NCBI GenBank assembly: GCA_964431835.1
Contig: CAYSKO010000002.1
Location: forward strand, 137,632 to 201,631
Direction: 5' to 3'
DNA from: an uncultured Planctomycetia bacterium
Lineage (GTDB): Bacteria; Omnitrophota; Gorgyraeia; 2-02-FULL-51-18
DNA: 64,000 nucleotides
Within the stretch, counting starts at the first letter, position 1, and every line of letters begins with the position of its first letter. The position numbers were made by a program, and so were the translations under genes. The notes beneath the pieces are model-generated. The model was given only the letters and a program-made list of their open reading frames with translations. It was not told the origin of the DNA and did not search any database. Shown piece by piece: positions 29,511-38,050 of this stretch.

Positions 29511-30871
29511 GCGGCTCTCGCATCGCTACGTTTCAAGAGACCGAGCAGGATCTTCGCCGCAAAATAGAGTGACGCGACCGAATAAAGAAGACGCGAACCG
29601 GCCACGGCCTTCCCCGGCACGTGCCACGCGACGTCCTGCGGGAACGGATAAAAAAGGCCCGGCCCGGCCGAGGCGGTGTCGAGATTGAACGCGAAGATGA
29701 GGACAAAATAAATCCAGGAAAGAGCGCGCGGCCACGGCTCCCCCTTCATCATGAGCCAGACGAAAAGCGGCAGCGTCCACATGAAATAATGGACGTGCGT
29801 GGTCGACGTCGCATGAAGCGTAAGGAGGACCGCCAGCGACAGGCGCAGGAACACGTCCGCACGGCGCCCGGGCGGAACCGGATTGCGGAAGACGAACGGC
29901 GCGATACACGCGAGCCAAGTGCCTACGAGCACGATCTTCGAGGCTTTCGCCACGATCTCGGCGTTCGTACGGAAAATGCTCTGCGTCGCCATCTGTAGGA
30001 CGACCGGCGAGTAATAGGCATGAAGGACGTACCCGCGCGAGTGAACCGCCAGCGGCAGGAGGATGAGCACAAGCGGGGCGGCCGCGCAGGCGGCGAGCTT
30101 CGCGCGCTCCTTGAAACCCGCGCCAAGGACGAGAACGGCCGGCGCCAAAAGAAGGAGTGCGAACGAATCGAGCAGGCACGTGAGGCCGAGCAGAGCGCAC
30201 GCGCGGCCGTTCTTCCCTTTTTCCGCGCAAAAGATCACGGCCCAAAGGCAAAGCGCGGTCCAAAGCCGGTACTGCCCGAAAACGTAGCACCCGTACAGCA
30301 CGATCGGGCTGAAGAGCCAGATCGTGGCCGCCTTGCGCGCGTCTTTTCCGAAAAGGCGCCACAGGATCGCCACGATCCCGGCTTCGGCCAAAAGGTACGA
30401 TGCCTTCATCCAAAAAAGCATCCGGAAAATCGCCGTCGAGGCGCCGAGCACGCAATCATCGGCCTCATTGAATGGCAACTTCTCGGAGACGCCGTAGACG
30501 TCGGAGGTCGAAGAGATGACGACCTTCGACTTCCGGGTTTTGGCAAAGCGAAGTACCGATTCTGCGCCCATCGCATTCACCATGAGCGTCGGAACTGCCC
30601 GCTGGCTTTCTCCGATTTTCTTGAGAGAAGCTTGATGCAGGACGACGTCGGCGTGCGGAACTTTACGCAGAAGCATTCCGGTGTCGAGCACGTCGAGCTG
30701 GATGAATCGGAAGTTGGGATTTTTGAGGTGGTTGCGGACGTTGTCGAGCTTGCCATAGGAAAGGTCGTCGACGCCGATGACTCGCTCGCCCCGCAAGAGG
30801 AGCTCGTCGAGGAGATGGGAACCGATGCATCCGCATACACCGGTGATGAGAATGGTTCGTTTTTTCACCAA
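29507..30871 (-). CDS. Chimeric ORF: truncated SDR Rossmann N-terminus (about 140 aa, no YxxxK) fused in frame to a multi-TM membrane domain
   Basis: N-terminus (M)VKKRTILITGVCGCIGSHLLDELL...VVISSTSDVYG is a paralog of 24646..25617. The membrane part (WLFSPIVLYGCYVFGQYRLW...GYVLHAYYSPVV) is a paralog of 33358..34650. TTG/GTG start with AAGGGGG Shine-Dalgarno. Confidence 0.55.
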   Translation of the reverse strand: MVKKRTILITGVCGCIGSHLLDELLLRGERVIGVDDLSYGKLDNVRNHLKNPNFRFIQLDVLDTGMLLRKVPHADVVLHQASLKKIGESQRAVPTLMVNAMGAESVLRFAKTRKSKVVISSTSDVYGVSEKLPFNEADDCVLGASTAIFRMLFWMKASYLLAEAGIVAILWRLFGKDARKAATIWLFSPIVLYGCYVFGQYRLWTALCLWAVIFCAEKGKNGRACALLGLTCLLDSFALLLLAPAVLVLGAGFKERAKLAACAAAPLVLILLPLAVHSRGYVLHAYYSPVVLQMATQSIFRTNAEIVAKASKIVLVGTWLACIAPFVFRNPVPPGRRADVFLRLSLAVLLTLHATSTTHVHYFMWTLPLFVWLMMKGEPWPRALSWIYFVLIFAFNLDTASAGPGLFYPFPQDVAWHVPGKAVAGSRLLYSVASLYFAAKILLGLLKRSDARAA

Positions 30872-30940
30872 AATACGCGACCCCCTTATGACGAAGCGAG
30901 TACTATAGCATCCTCGTTACGAGCAGGCAAATACTAAAGG
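30872..30940. promoter_or_regulatory. Divergent intergenic region with near-palindromic TACTATAGCA: reads TGCTATAGT (extended -10) on the minus strand and TATAGC on the plus strand. Putative bidirectional promoter.
   Basis: Seen on both strands at about 30897-30910. Minus-side leader carries an AAGGGGG Shine-Dalgarno. Confidence 0.45.
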
Positions 30941-32278
30941 ATGACCCGTGTCGCCTCTTGTATTAGAATACCGCCCGTGGCTCCCTCTTCTGTCCGAAAG
31001 TCGCTCCTAATCGCCGCCGCCGCGGCCGCCGCGGCGTCGCTTCCTTTTTTGAGCGGCGCTCTTCCGGAAAAAGCGGCTTTAACGGCGCTCACCGTGGCTG
31101 TGTTGGCAGGCGGGTTCGCAGGAAGAGGGCACGGAAAGGCCGCTTCGCTGGTTCTTCTTGCCGCCTCCCTCTGCGTCGCTCTCGCTGCCTGCGATCTCCT
31201 GGCGCGACTTCTTCCCCCGAGCATCTTCTATTATCGCCCCGAAGACGCCTTCCTCAGTCGGCGCCCGGAAATGCCTGCCGTGTCGCGCTTTTCGAAGAAC
31301 GCCCGGTTCCGGGGCCGCGTGGTCGGGGACCTGGCGGCGCTTGCGGGAGGTCATGCCGAACCGCGCGACGTCTGTTTTGTGACGGACGAGGCGGGTTTTC
31401 GCAATCTTCCTGGTACGCGCGCCCGAGCGATCGACGTCCTGCTCGTCGGAGATTCGTTCGGTATCGGGAACGGCACTTCGCAGGAAAAAACATGGGCGAG
31501 CGTTCTCGAAAACCGCTACGGGCGTACCGTTTACAATCTCTCGACTGGCGGATCACCGTGGACCGAGCTTATGAACGTGAAAACCGAAATCGACTCGCTC
31601 CGCACGGCTCCCGACGCCGTCCTGGTCTGGGCGCTTTTCACGGGCAATGACCTGGACGGCGAATACCGCGGAACCGAACCGGTCTTCACGGCCCCGCTCG
31701 AGCGTTTCGGCGTCCGATGGACGACGTTCCGCGAGCGCTCGCCGGTGCGGCTCCTCCTGCGGCGGGTGCGGTACGCGCTTCGGCTGAGCGCCGACACGCG
31801 CGGTCCTTCACCGGTTCACGCGCGCGTTCTTCCCGACGGTCGAACCGTCCTTTTCCTGAACGACTACGCGAAAGCCGAAGAGAAGCCTTACTCGGAATGC
31901 ATACGGAGCAAAAATTTAGGAGCGCTCCACGCGACATTCGCCGAAATGAAAAGGCTTTGTGAGGAGAAGGGCGTTCGGGTTGCCGTTGTGGTGGTTCCGA
32001 CGAAGGAAGGCGTTTATGATTGGATCCTGAGCGGAAAGCGGAGCGCCACGGCCTCGAGCGGTTTTTCCCTTCTCGTCCGCGATCTTTGCGGCGAAAACGG
32101 CTTCGCGTTTTTGGATCTCAAAGACCCGATGCGACGGCTCGCGCTCTCGAAACCGGAGACGTCGCTCTGGTGGCTCGACGACACTCATTGGAACGACGCC
32201 GGGCACGCCGAGGCGGCACGCCTGGTCGAAGCTAAGCTAGGTTCGCCCCGCTTGCGAAGCGACGAGCGATCGTTCTAA
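30941..32278 (+). CDS. SGNH/GDSL hydrolase-fold protein of the AlgX/AlgJ type (candidate polysaccharide O-acetyl/acyl transferase or esterase), N-terminal TM anchors
   Basis: LLVGDSFGIGNG (GDS block) and DDTHWND (DxHW motif of AlgX/AlgJ-like proteins). One of only two plus-strand genes. Confidence 0.7.
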   Translation: MTRVASCIRIPPVAPSSVRKSLLIAAAAAAAASLPFLSGALPEKAALTALTVAVLAGGFAGRGHGKAASLVLLAASLCVALAACDLLARLLPPSIFYYRPEDAFLSRRPEMPAVSRFSKNARFRGRVVGDLAALAGGHAEPRDVCFVTDEAGFRNLPGTRARAIDVLLVGDSFGIGNGTSQEKTWASVLENRYGRTVYNLSTGGSPWTELMNVKTEIDSLRTAPDAVLVWALFTGNDLDGEYRGTEPVFTAPLERFGVRWTTFRERSPVRLLLRRVRYALRLSADTRGPSPVHARVLPDGRTVLFLNDYAKAEEKPYSECIRSKNLGALHATFAEMKRLCEEKGVRVAVVVVPTKEGVYDWILSGKRSATASSGFSLLVRDLCGENGFAFLDLKDPMRRLALSKPETSLWWLDDTHWNDAGHAEAARLVEAKLGSPRLRSDERSF

Positions 32279-33361
32279 GTTCACGGCGATGCGCTCGGCC
32301 GCTTTTCCGTCCCATCCCCGCGGCACGCGAGTCTTCTTCCATTTCCCGGCGATCGCTTTCCGCGCCGCCGCGACCACGACCTTCACGTCCGAACCCACGA
32401 GCACGTTCGTCCCCTCTCTCACCGTGACGGGCCGCTCGGTGTTTTCCCGCATCGTCAGGCACGGAACACCAAGTTTCGTCGTCTCTTCCTGAATACCGCC
32501 CGAGTCGGTGAGCACGAAAGCACTTTCCTTTACGAGCTTGAGAAAATCCGTGTAGCCGAGCGGCTCGATCATCCGAAAACCCGGTAAGGCCGCGAAGCGT
32601 TTTCCGAGACCGTGCGATTCGATCATCTTCCGCGCGCGCGGATGGACGGGATAGAGAACCGGCGTCAGACGCGCGATGGACTCGAAGATCGAAAGGATCT
32701 TAAGGAGAGCCGCCTTCGTGTCCACGTTCGAGGGCCGGTGCATCGTCACCACGGCATACCCCTTCGGCCGGAGCCCAAGGCTCGCGACCACGCGCGATCT
32801 CTCGATGGCGGGAAGTCCCGCGACTAGGCTGTCGATCATCACGTTACCGTCGAAAAAAACCCGTCTCGCCGGAATCCCCTCGCGTCTCAGGTTCCGGATG
32901 GCACTCTCCTCGGTCACATAGAGAAAATCCGACAGGCGGTCCACCGCGATCCGGTTGATTTCTTCGGGCATCGCCCTGTCGAAGCTGCGAAGTCCAGCCT
33001 CGACGTGCGCGACCGGCACCTGCATCTTGGCAGCGGCAAGGGCGCACGCGAGTGTCGAATTCACGTCTCCCACCACGACGATCGCATCCGGACGCTCCTT
33101 AAGAAGCGTCCGCTCGAAAAGCTCGAGCACCTTCGCGGTTTGAGCGCCATGCGTTCCGGAACCGACCTCGAGATGCACGTCCGGCTTCGGGATGCCAAGG
33201 TCCCGGAAGAACACCCCCGACATCTTGAAGTCGTAGTGCTGTCCGGTGTGAACGAAGACGACCTGGAAGCGCTTTCGGAGCGCGCGGATGAGCGGCGCGA
33301 CCTTAATAAAGTTTGGCCGCGCCCCTGCCGCCACCACGACCTTCAAGCGCCGCCGTTTCAC
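32237..33361 (-). CDS. UDP-N-acetylglucosamine 2-epimerase (WecB family), paralog 3
   Basis: (V)KRRRLKVVVAAGARPNFIKVAPL...HTGQHYDFKMS...DVNSTLACALAAAKM...HVEAGLRS. GTG overlaps the upstream stop (GTGA). The 3' end overlaps the convergent plus-strand gene by 42 nt. Confidence 0.8.
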   Translation of the reverse strand: MKRRRLKVVVAAGARPNFIKVAPLIRALRKRFQVVFVHTGQHYDFKMSGVFFRDLGIPKPDVHLEVGSGTHGAQTAKVLELFERTLLKERPDAIVVVGDVNSTLACALAAAKMQVPVAHVEAGLRSFDRAMPEEINRIAVDRLSDFLYVTEESAIRNLRREGIPARRVFFDGNVMIDSLVAGLPAIERSRVVASLGLRPKGYAVVTMHRPSNVDTKAALLKILSIFESIARLTPVLYPVHPRARKMIESHGLGKRFAALPGFRMIEPLGYTDFLKLVKESAFVLTDSGGIQEETTKLGVPCLTMRENTERPVTVREGTNVLVGSDVKVVVAAARKAIAGKWKKTRVPRGWDGKAAERIAVNLERSLVASQAGRT

Positions 33362-34650
33362 GTCACGCTCCCCAGCCGCGGCCGGATGCGAGCGCGGTAC
33401 AGCGAGAACGCGAAGTAGGCGCACAGGACTGAGAACCCGAGGCGCGCGAGAGCGACAAACTTGCCCCAGGGAAGGAACCTCTCCATGACCTCATGAAGGC
33501 TCGGCAACGAGGAAAAGAACACGGGGTCGAGCGGAACGAGAAGCCCGAGGTTCATCGCGCGCGAATCGAGATTGAAAAAGAAAAGAAAACCAACCATTGC
33601 CGCGGAAAGCGGGTACACCCACGGCTCGCCCTCGTCGAAGCGCGCGAGAATCCAGAAAGGCAGTGCCCAAAGGACGTAGTGAACCATTGTCACGGACGTC
33701 GCGTAGAGCGCAAAAAGGACGGCGAGCGCCGTGCACGCGAAGAGACGCCCTCTCTCGATGTCCGACAAGGTGCCGGGAGCGCGACAGACTCGCACAAAAA
33801 GGAACAAGTAAAAAAGAAGGAACGCCGTTTTTAAAGCGATAGGAAGGATCCCGGGGGCGTGCACGAACATCCCCTGCGTCGCCGCGCCGACCACGACCGG
33901 CGAAAAATAGGCATGAAGAACGAGGCCTCCGGAGGAGATCGCCAGCGGCGCCACGACCAGAAGAGGAAACACCGCGAAGCAAAGCGCAAGCTCCGTCCGC
34001 TCCCTCCATCCTCGCCCCAGAATCATGAGGGCAGGCGGCAGAAGAAGCATCGGATAATTCTCGAGGCACGCCGCTGCGCCCGCCAGGACGAACGCCGCGT
34101 GCTTGCGTCTTGAACGCAGCGCCCAGAAGAAGACCCACCAGCACGCAGCCGAAAGGACCCGGTACTGGCCGAACGCGTAGGTGGAGAAAATCAGGATCGG
34201 GTCGAAGAGCCACCCGCGGAGCGCTTTTTTCCGTCGGTCGGGGGCAAAAGCGTGCCACAAAGCGGCGCACGCCAGCACATCCGCGAAGAGGTACGGAAGC
34301 TTCATGAGGAAAACGCGCCGGAGAAGCGCCGGCTCGGGGGAGCCCAGATACACCGCGATGGAGCGTCCGCCCTCGCGCATAAGCGCGTCCGTGCGGACCA
34401 TGAACTCGGCGAAGCCCGGATCGAGCGGTATAAGAAGTATCTGAAATAAACCAATGAGGAAATACGCCAGCGGCGGATAGTACGTGAAGCCGTGACGCAG
34501 ATACGTGTCCCCCAGATGCCCGTAAACGTCCCACACCCCGTGGAGACTGAGAAACGACGGGAAATACTGGATGAATAAGATATCCGCGTGGAGGGTCGCT
34601 GGCATCAGCGCCAGGCGCAGGGCGAGCGCCGCCGCGAGAAGTTTTTTCAC
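33358..34650 (-). CDS. Polytopic membrane protein of unknown function (candidate GT-C-like glycosyltransferase or polymerase). Paralog of the membrane half of 29507..30871.
   Basis: 10 or more TM helices; conserved FGQYR...HAYFSPVV blocks shared with the chimeric ORF. Confidence 0.6.
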   Translation of the reverse strand: MKKLLAAALALRLALMPATLHADILFIQYFPSFLSLHGVWDVYGHLGDTYLRHGFTYYPPLAYFLIGLFQILLIPLDPGFAEFMVRTDALMREGGRSIAVYLGSPEPALLRRVFLMKLPYLFADVLACAALWHAFAPDRRKKALRGWLFDPILIFSTYAFGQYRVLSAACWWVFFWALRSRRKHAAFVLAGAAACLENYPMLLLPPALMILGRGWRERTELALCFAVFPLLVVAPLAISSGGLVLHAYFSPVVVGAATQGMFVHAPGILPIALKTAFLLFYLFLFVRVCRAPGTLSDIERGRLFACTALAVLFALYATSVTMVHYVLWALPFWILARFDEGEPWVYPLSAAMVGFLFFFNLDSRAMNLGLLVPLDPVFFSSLPSLHEVMERFLPWGKFVALARLGFSVLCAYFAFSLYRARIRPRLGSVT

Positions 34651-34657
34651 CCGCTCG

Positions 34658-34816
34658 TCAGAAGAGAGTGTAAATGAGCGGGGCGACGGCCGAAGAATGT
34701 GTGACGATGATGAGAAGGCCGATCACGACGAGCATCGTCAGAATCGGCAGAAGGACGAGGTTCCGTGTCGACGTCATGAACCCGAAGAGCGCTTTCAGAT
34801 CTTTAAGGGAGCGCAT
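34658..34816 (-). CDS. Small membrane protein (52 aa), SxtK/DUF5989-like; commonly accompanies carbamoyltransferases
   Basis: MRSLKDLKALFGFMTSTRNLVLLPILTMLVVIGLLIIV...; ATG preceded by GGAAAGGA. Confidence 0.55.
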   Translation of the reverse strand: MRSLKDLKALFGFMTSTRNLVLLPILTMLVVIGLLIIVTHSSAVAPLIYTLF

Positions 34817-34829
34817 GGGTATCCTTTCT

Positions 34830-35213
34830 TCAGTACGGGTTTTCGCAGGCCTTGTCGTCTTTTTCCGTCGGCTTCGGGCGATGGATCCAGTAGCTGTCGC
34901 GGACCGGCTCCAAACGACGTTTGAGCGCGTCGCCCTGCAGCGCGCGCACAAGGAGACCGTAAGGCGCGAATATAACATAGAAGAAAACGATCATGAACAG
35001 TTTTGTGAGAAGCTCGCCGAGCTTCGTGAGGAGCCCCGAGTAGAGGCGGTAGAACGCGTCGGCCGCCGATGCGCTCGCCAGACGCAGGACAACGAGAAAC
35101 GCGCAGAAACCTCCGGCGGCCCATCCGAACGCCGCGTGCCCGCGGTAAAACGTGAAACACGAAACGCCGGCCAGGATGAATGGAACGACCCGGTAAAAAC
35201 GTTTGGAATCCAT
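34830..35213 (-). CDS. Small membrane protein (127 aa), SxtJ-like; commonly accompanies carbamoyltransferases
   Basis: MDSKRFYRVVPFILAGVSCFTFYRG... two TM segments. GGGAG Shine-Dalgarno; lies directly downstream of the carbamoyltransferase stop. Found by hand translation; the ORF track masked it inside a long spurious frame. Confidence 0.55.
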   Translation of the reverse strand: MDSKRFYRVVPFILAGVSCFTFYRGHAAFGWAAGGFCAFLVVLRLASASAADAFYRLYSGLLTKLGELLTKLFMIVFFYVIFAPYGLLVRALQGDALKRRLEPVRDSYWIHRPKPTEKDDKACENPY

Positions 35214-35224
35214 CGGCGCTCCCA

Positions 35225-37039
35225 TCAGTCGAGACCCGCCAGCTCGGCACCCTGATATTCGTTCACCGATCCCGCCTTCTGGCCGGATTTTTCGAGGAAG
35301 AAGGAACCGAGCACCAGCACGTCCATTTTCGTCTTCAGGAAGCAGCGGTACGCCTCGGACGGCGCGCAGACGATCGGCTCTCCGCGGACGTTGAACGAGG
35401 TGTTGATGAGGACGGGGCAGCCGGTGAGCCGGTCGAACGCCTCGAGAAGTTTCCGGAAGCGCGGATTCTCCGGACCCACCGTCTGCACGCGCGCCGAGCC
35501 GTCGACGTGCGTGACGGCCGGGATGGTGGAGCGGACGTCGTGCAGGCGGTCGAGCCCACGCGGGCGCTTTCGGTCGCCTACACGCTGCTTGGAAGCGACG
35601 TCCGCGACGATCAGCATGTACGGGCTCTCTCCTTCGAGGTCGAAATATTCTTTCGCGCGCTCGCGGAGGACCGCCGGGGCGAAAGGACGGAAGCTCTCGC
35701 GGAACTTGATCTTCAAGTTCATGATCGACTGCATCTTCGACGAACGCGCGTCCCCGAGAATGCTGCGGGCGCCGAGCGCGCGCGGCCCGAACTCCATCCG
35801 GCCCTGGAACCAGCCGACGACCTTCTCCGAAGCGATCGCCTTCGCGGTTTCCTCTGCGATCTCCGCCTCGGACAGCTTCCGGTAGGCCGCGCCCTCGGAA
35901 CGAAGGAACGCCTCGATCTCCCCGTCTGTGAACTCCGGCCCCCACAGCGAGGCGCCCTGGATGCCGTGTACCGGATCCGGGTTCGGGACGCGGGGCTGCT
36001 TGAAATAGTGGTGGTTCACGTACATCGCCGCGCCGAGCGCACCACCTGCGTCGCTGGAAGCGGGCTGCACCCAGATCTCGTCGAATATCTTCTCTTTTTG
36101 GATCTTTCCGTTCGATACGCAGTTGAGAGCCACTCCGCCGGCTAGGCATAGACGCCGCTCGCCCGTGGTCTTTCGCACGTGCCGCGCCAGGCGAAGCATC
36201 GCCGTATCGAGGACCTCCTGGATGGAGCGCGCGACGTCCAGATGGCGCTCCTGGAACGGGCTTTCCGCCGGCCGCGCGGGGCCCCCGAAGAGATCCTCGA
36301 ACTTGCGGTTGATGGAATTGAGCCCGCCCGCGTAGCCGAAATAATCCATGTTGAGCCGGTAAGAGCCGTCGTCTTTCAGATCGATCAGGTTCTCGAGAAT
36401 GAGGTCCATGTACTTGGGCTCGCCGTAAGGCGCAAGACCCATCAGCTTGTACTCGCCTGAATTGATCCGGAAGCCGAGGTAATGCGTGAACGCCGAGTAA
36501 AGAAGCCCAAGGGAATGAGGAAAATGGATCTCGGCCTGGATATCGAGGCGGCGGTCGTTTCCGACGCCGTAGCTCGTCGTCGCCCACTCGCCCACGCCGT
36601 CGACGGTCAGGAACGCGGCACGATCATAGGGCGACGCGTAGAACGCCGACGCGGCGTGCGACTGGTGGTGCTCCGGAAATAGAATCGGCGCTTTGGTCTT
36701 CAGCTCCTCCTCGATCATGGAGTGGATGTAGAGCCGGTGACGGATCCAAAGCGGGATCGCCTGCAGGTAGGACGGGAGGCAGCCCGGGGCGGTCAAGAGA
36801 TGGGTTTTCAGGATGCGGTCAAACTTGAGAAGCGGTTTGTCATAGAATGCGACCGCGTCGAGGGCGTCCGCCGAGACGCCGCCCTGCTTCAAGCAAAACT
36901 CGACCGCGCGGGCCGGGAACGAGTCGTCGTGCTTTTTGCGCGTGAAACGCTCTTCCTGCGCGGCCGCGACGATGCGCCCGTCCTCGAGAAGACACGCGGC
37001 GCTGTCGTGATAGAACGCGGAAATTCCGAGGATCTTCAT
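35225..37039 (-). CDS. Carbamoyltransferase of the NodU/CmcH/SxtI family (O-carbamoyltransferase)
   Basis: MKILGISAFYHDSAACLLEDGRIVAAAQEERFTRKKHD... plus C-terminal carbamoyltransferase domain. ATG overlaps the upstream stop (ATGA). Confidence 0.9.
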   Translation of the reverse strand: MKILGISAFYHDSAACLLEDGRIVAAAQEERFTRKKHDDSFPARAVEFCLKQGGVSADALDAVAFYDKPLLKFDRILKTHLLTAPGCLPSYLQAIPLWIRHRLYIHSMIEEELKTKAPILFPEHHQSHAASAFYASPYDRAAFLTVDGVGEWATTSYGVGNDRRLDIQAEIHFPHSLGLLYSAFTHYLGFRINSGEYKLMGLAPYGEPKYMDLILENLIDLKDDGSYRLNMDYFGYAGGLNSINRKFEDLFGGPARPAESPFQERHLDVARSIQEVLDTAMLRLARHVRKTTGERRLCLAGGVALNCVSNGKIQKEKIFDEIWVQPASSDAGGALGAAMYVNHHYFKQPRVPNPDPVHGIQGASLWGPEFTDGEIEAFLRSEGAAYRKLSEAEIAEETAKAIASEKVVGWFQGRMEFGPRALGARSILGDARSSKMQSIMNLKIKFRESFRPFAPAVLRERAKEYFDLEGESPYMLIVADVASKQRVGDRKRPRGLDRLHDVRSTIPAVTHVDGSARVQTVGPENPRFRKLLEAFDRLTGCPVLINTSFNVRGEPIVCAPSEAYRCFLKTKMDVLVLGSFFLEKSGQKAGSVNEYQGAELAGLD

Positions 37040-38046
37040 CGCGCGGTCCCCCGCAGGTAGCGCGCTTCGAGGTGGTCCGCGAGTTTCTCGGCGATCAGGC
37101 GGTGGCCGGCCGGGTTCGGATGGAAGTAGTCGCCCGGCGTGATCTTGAGAGCGTCTTCGTCCCGGCCTTTCAGCGCCGCGAGGAGGTCGAAGGTGTCCAC
37201 GCCGAGATCGCGGCCCGCCCCGAGGATCTGGTCGTGCAGCATTTGGTACGGATACCGTTCGTTTTCGCCGAGGCCGATGAGACGCGGGAAAACGGCGATC
37301 GTGAACTCGAATCCTTCCGAGCGGGACAGCTCGCGGATCTCGCGGAGCGCGGCGGTCGACGCCTTCCAGCCCGGGTGATCCGGCTTGAAGTGCTCGTCAT
37401 AGGTTTCGGCGAACTGCTGAGGAGTCACGCGGTGGCGCATGACTTCGATCTTCTTTCGGAAGAAGGCGTACAGGTAGGAGTGTTCCTTGAGAAAATCCTT
37501 CACCCGGCGAAGCGCGGGGTTTCCGATGAGGCCCTGTTGGCGCGAGAAAGGTTCCGCGTCGTTTCCGACGTAACTCAAAAGAACGAGATCCGGGCGATAG
37601 CGCAGCCCAATTTCCTTGAGCAGAATCGCTTCCTGGTACGTGTTGTAGCCGCGAATCCCGCCGTTCAGCACTTCCACGCGGAGTCCCCGCGCGGAGAGGA
37701 CTTCCTCGAGCCGCTTCGAGAACGTCTCCTCGGCGGCGACGCCGTCACCGAAAGCCACAGAATCGCCCAGCACGAAGACGCGATAAACGCCTTCCGGTTT
37801 CTCCATCTGGAAATCGCGGTCGCGCAGGCCGGAGGAATTGATGCGGATCGGGTTGCCATTGATGTCGCGGCCCGTGAATCCGGGCCTGTGCTCGAACGCG
37901 CGTGTTTCGCTGCGGCGGAAAAGCCCGGGCGGCGTGTCGATGAGCGACGTTTGCGAAAGCACGAATTCGCCGCAAACAACGGCGATCAGGGAGCCCGCGG
38001 CCAGCGCGAGAACGGGTCTTAAGAAGGTCGTAAACATGCGGGCCAT
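37036..38046 (-). CDS. SGNH/GDSL-family hydrolase (lipase/acylhydrolase or esterase), N-terminal signal anchor
   Basis: VFVLGDSVAFGDG (GDS block) ...GIRGYNT... DxxH near the C-terminus. GGGGGTG Shine-Dalgarno. Confidence 0.7.
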   Translation of the reverse strand: MARMFTTFLRPVLALAAGSLIAVVCGEFVLSQTSLIDTPPGLFRRSETRAFEHRPGFTGRDINGNPIRINSSGLRDRDFQMEKPEGVYRVFVLGDSVAFGDGVAAEETFSKRLEEVLSARGLRVEVLNGGIRGYNTYQEAILLKEIGLRYRPDLVLLSYVGNDAEPFSRQQGLIGNPALRRVKDFLKEHSYLYAFFRKKIEVMRHRVTPQQFAETYDEHFKPDHPGWKASTAALREIRELSRSEGFEFTIAVFPRLIGLGENERYPYQMLHDQILGAGRDLGVDTFDLLAALKGRDEDALKITPGDYFHPNPAGHRLIAEKLADHLEARYLRGTAR

Positions 38047-38050
38047 TCTA

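Noticed and set aside
34830-36587. 585-aa minus-strand ORF overlapping the carbamoyltransferase in another frame
   Set aside because: - Only its last about 127 codons (34830..35213) form a sensible membrane protein with its own ATG and Shine-Dalgarno.
- The rest is an R-rich out-of-frame read-through of the carbamoyltransferase gene.
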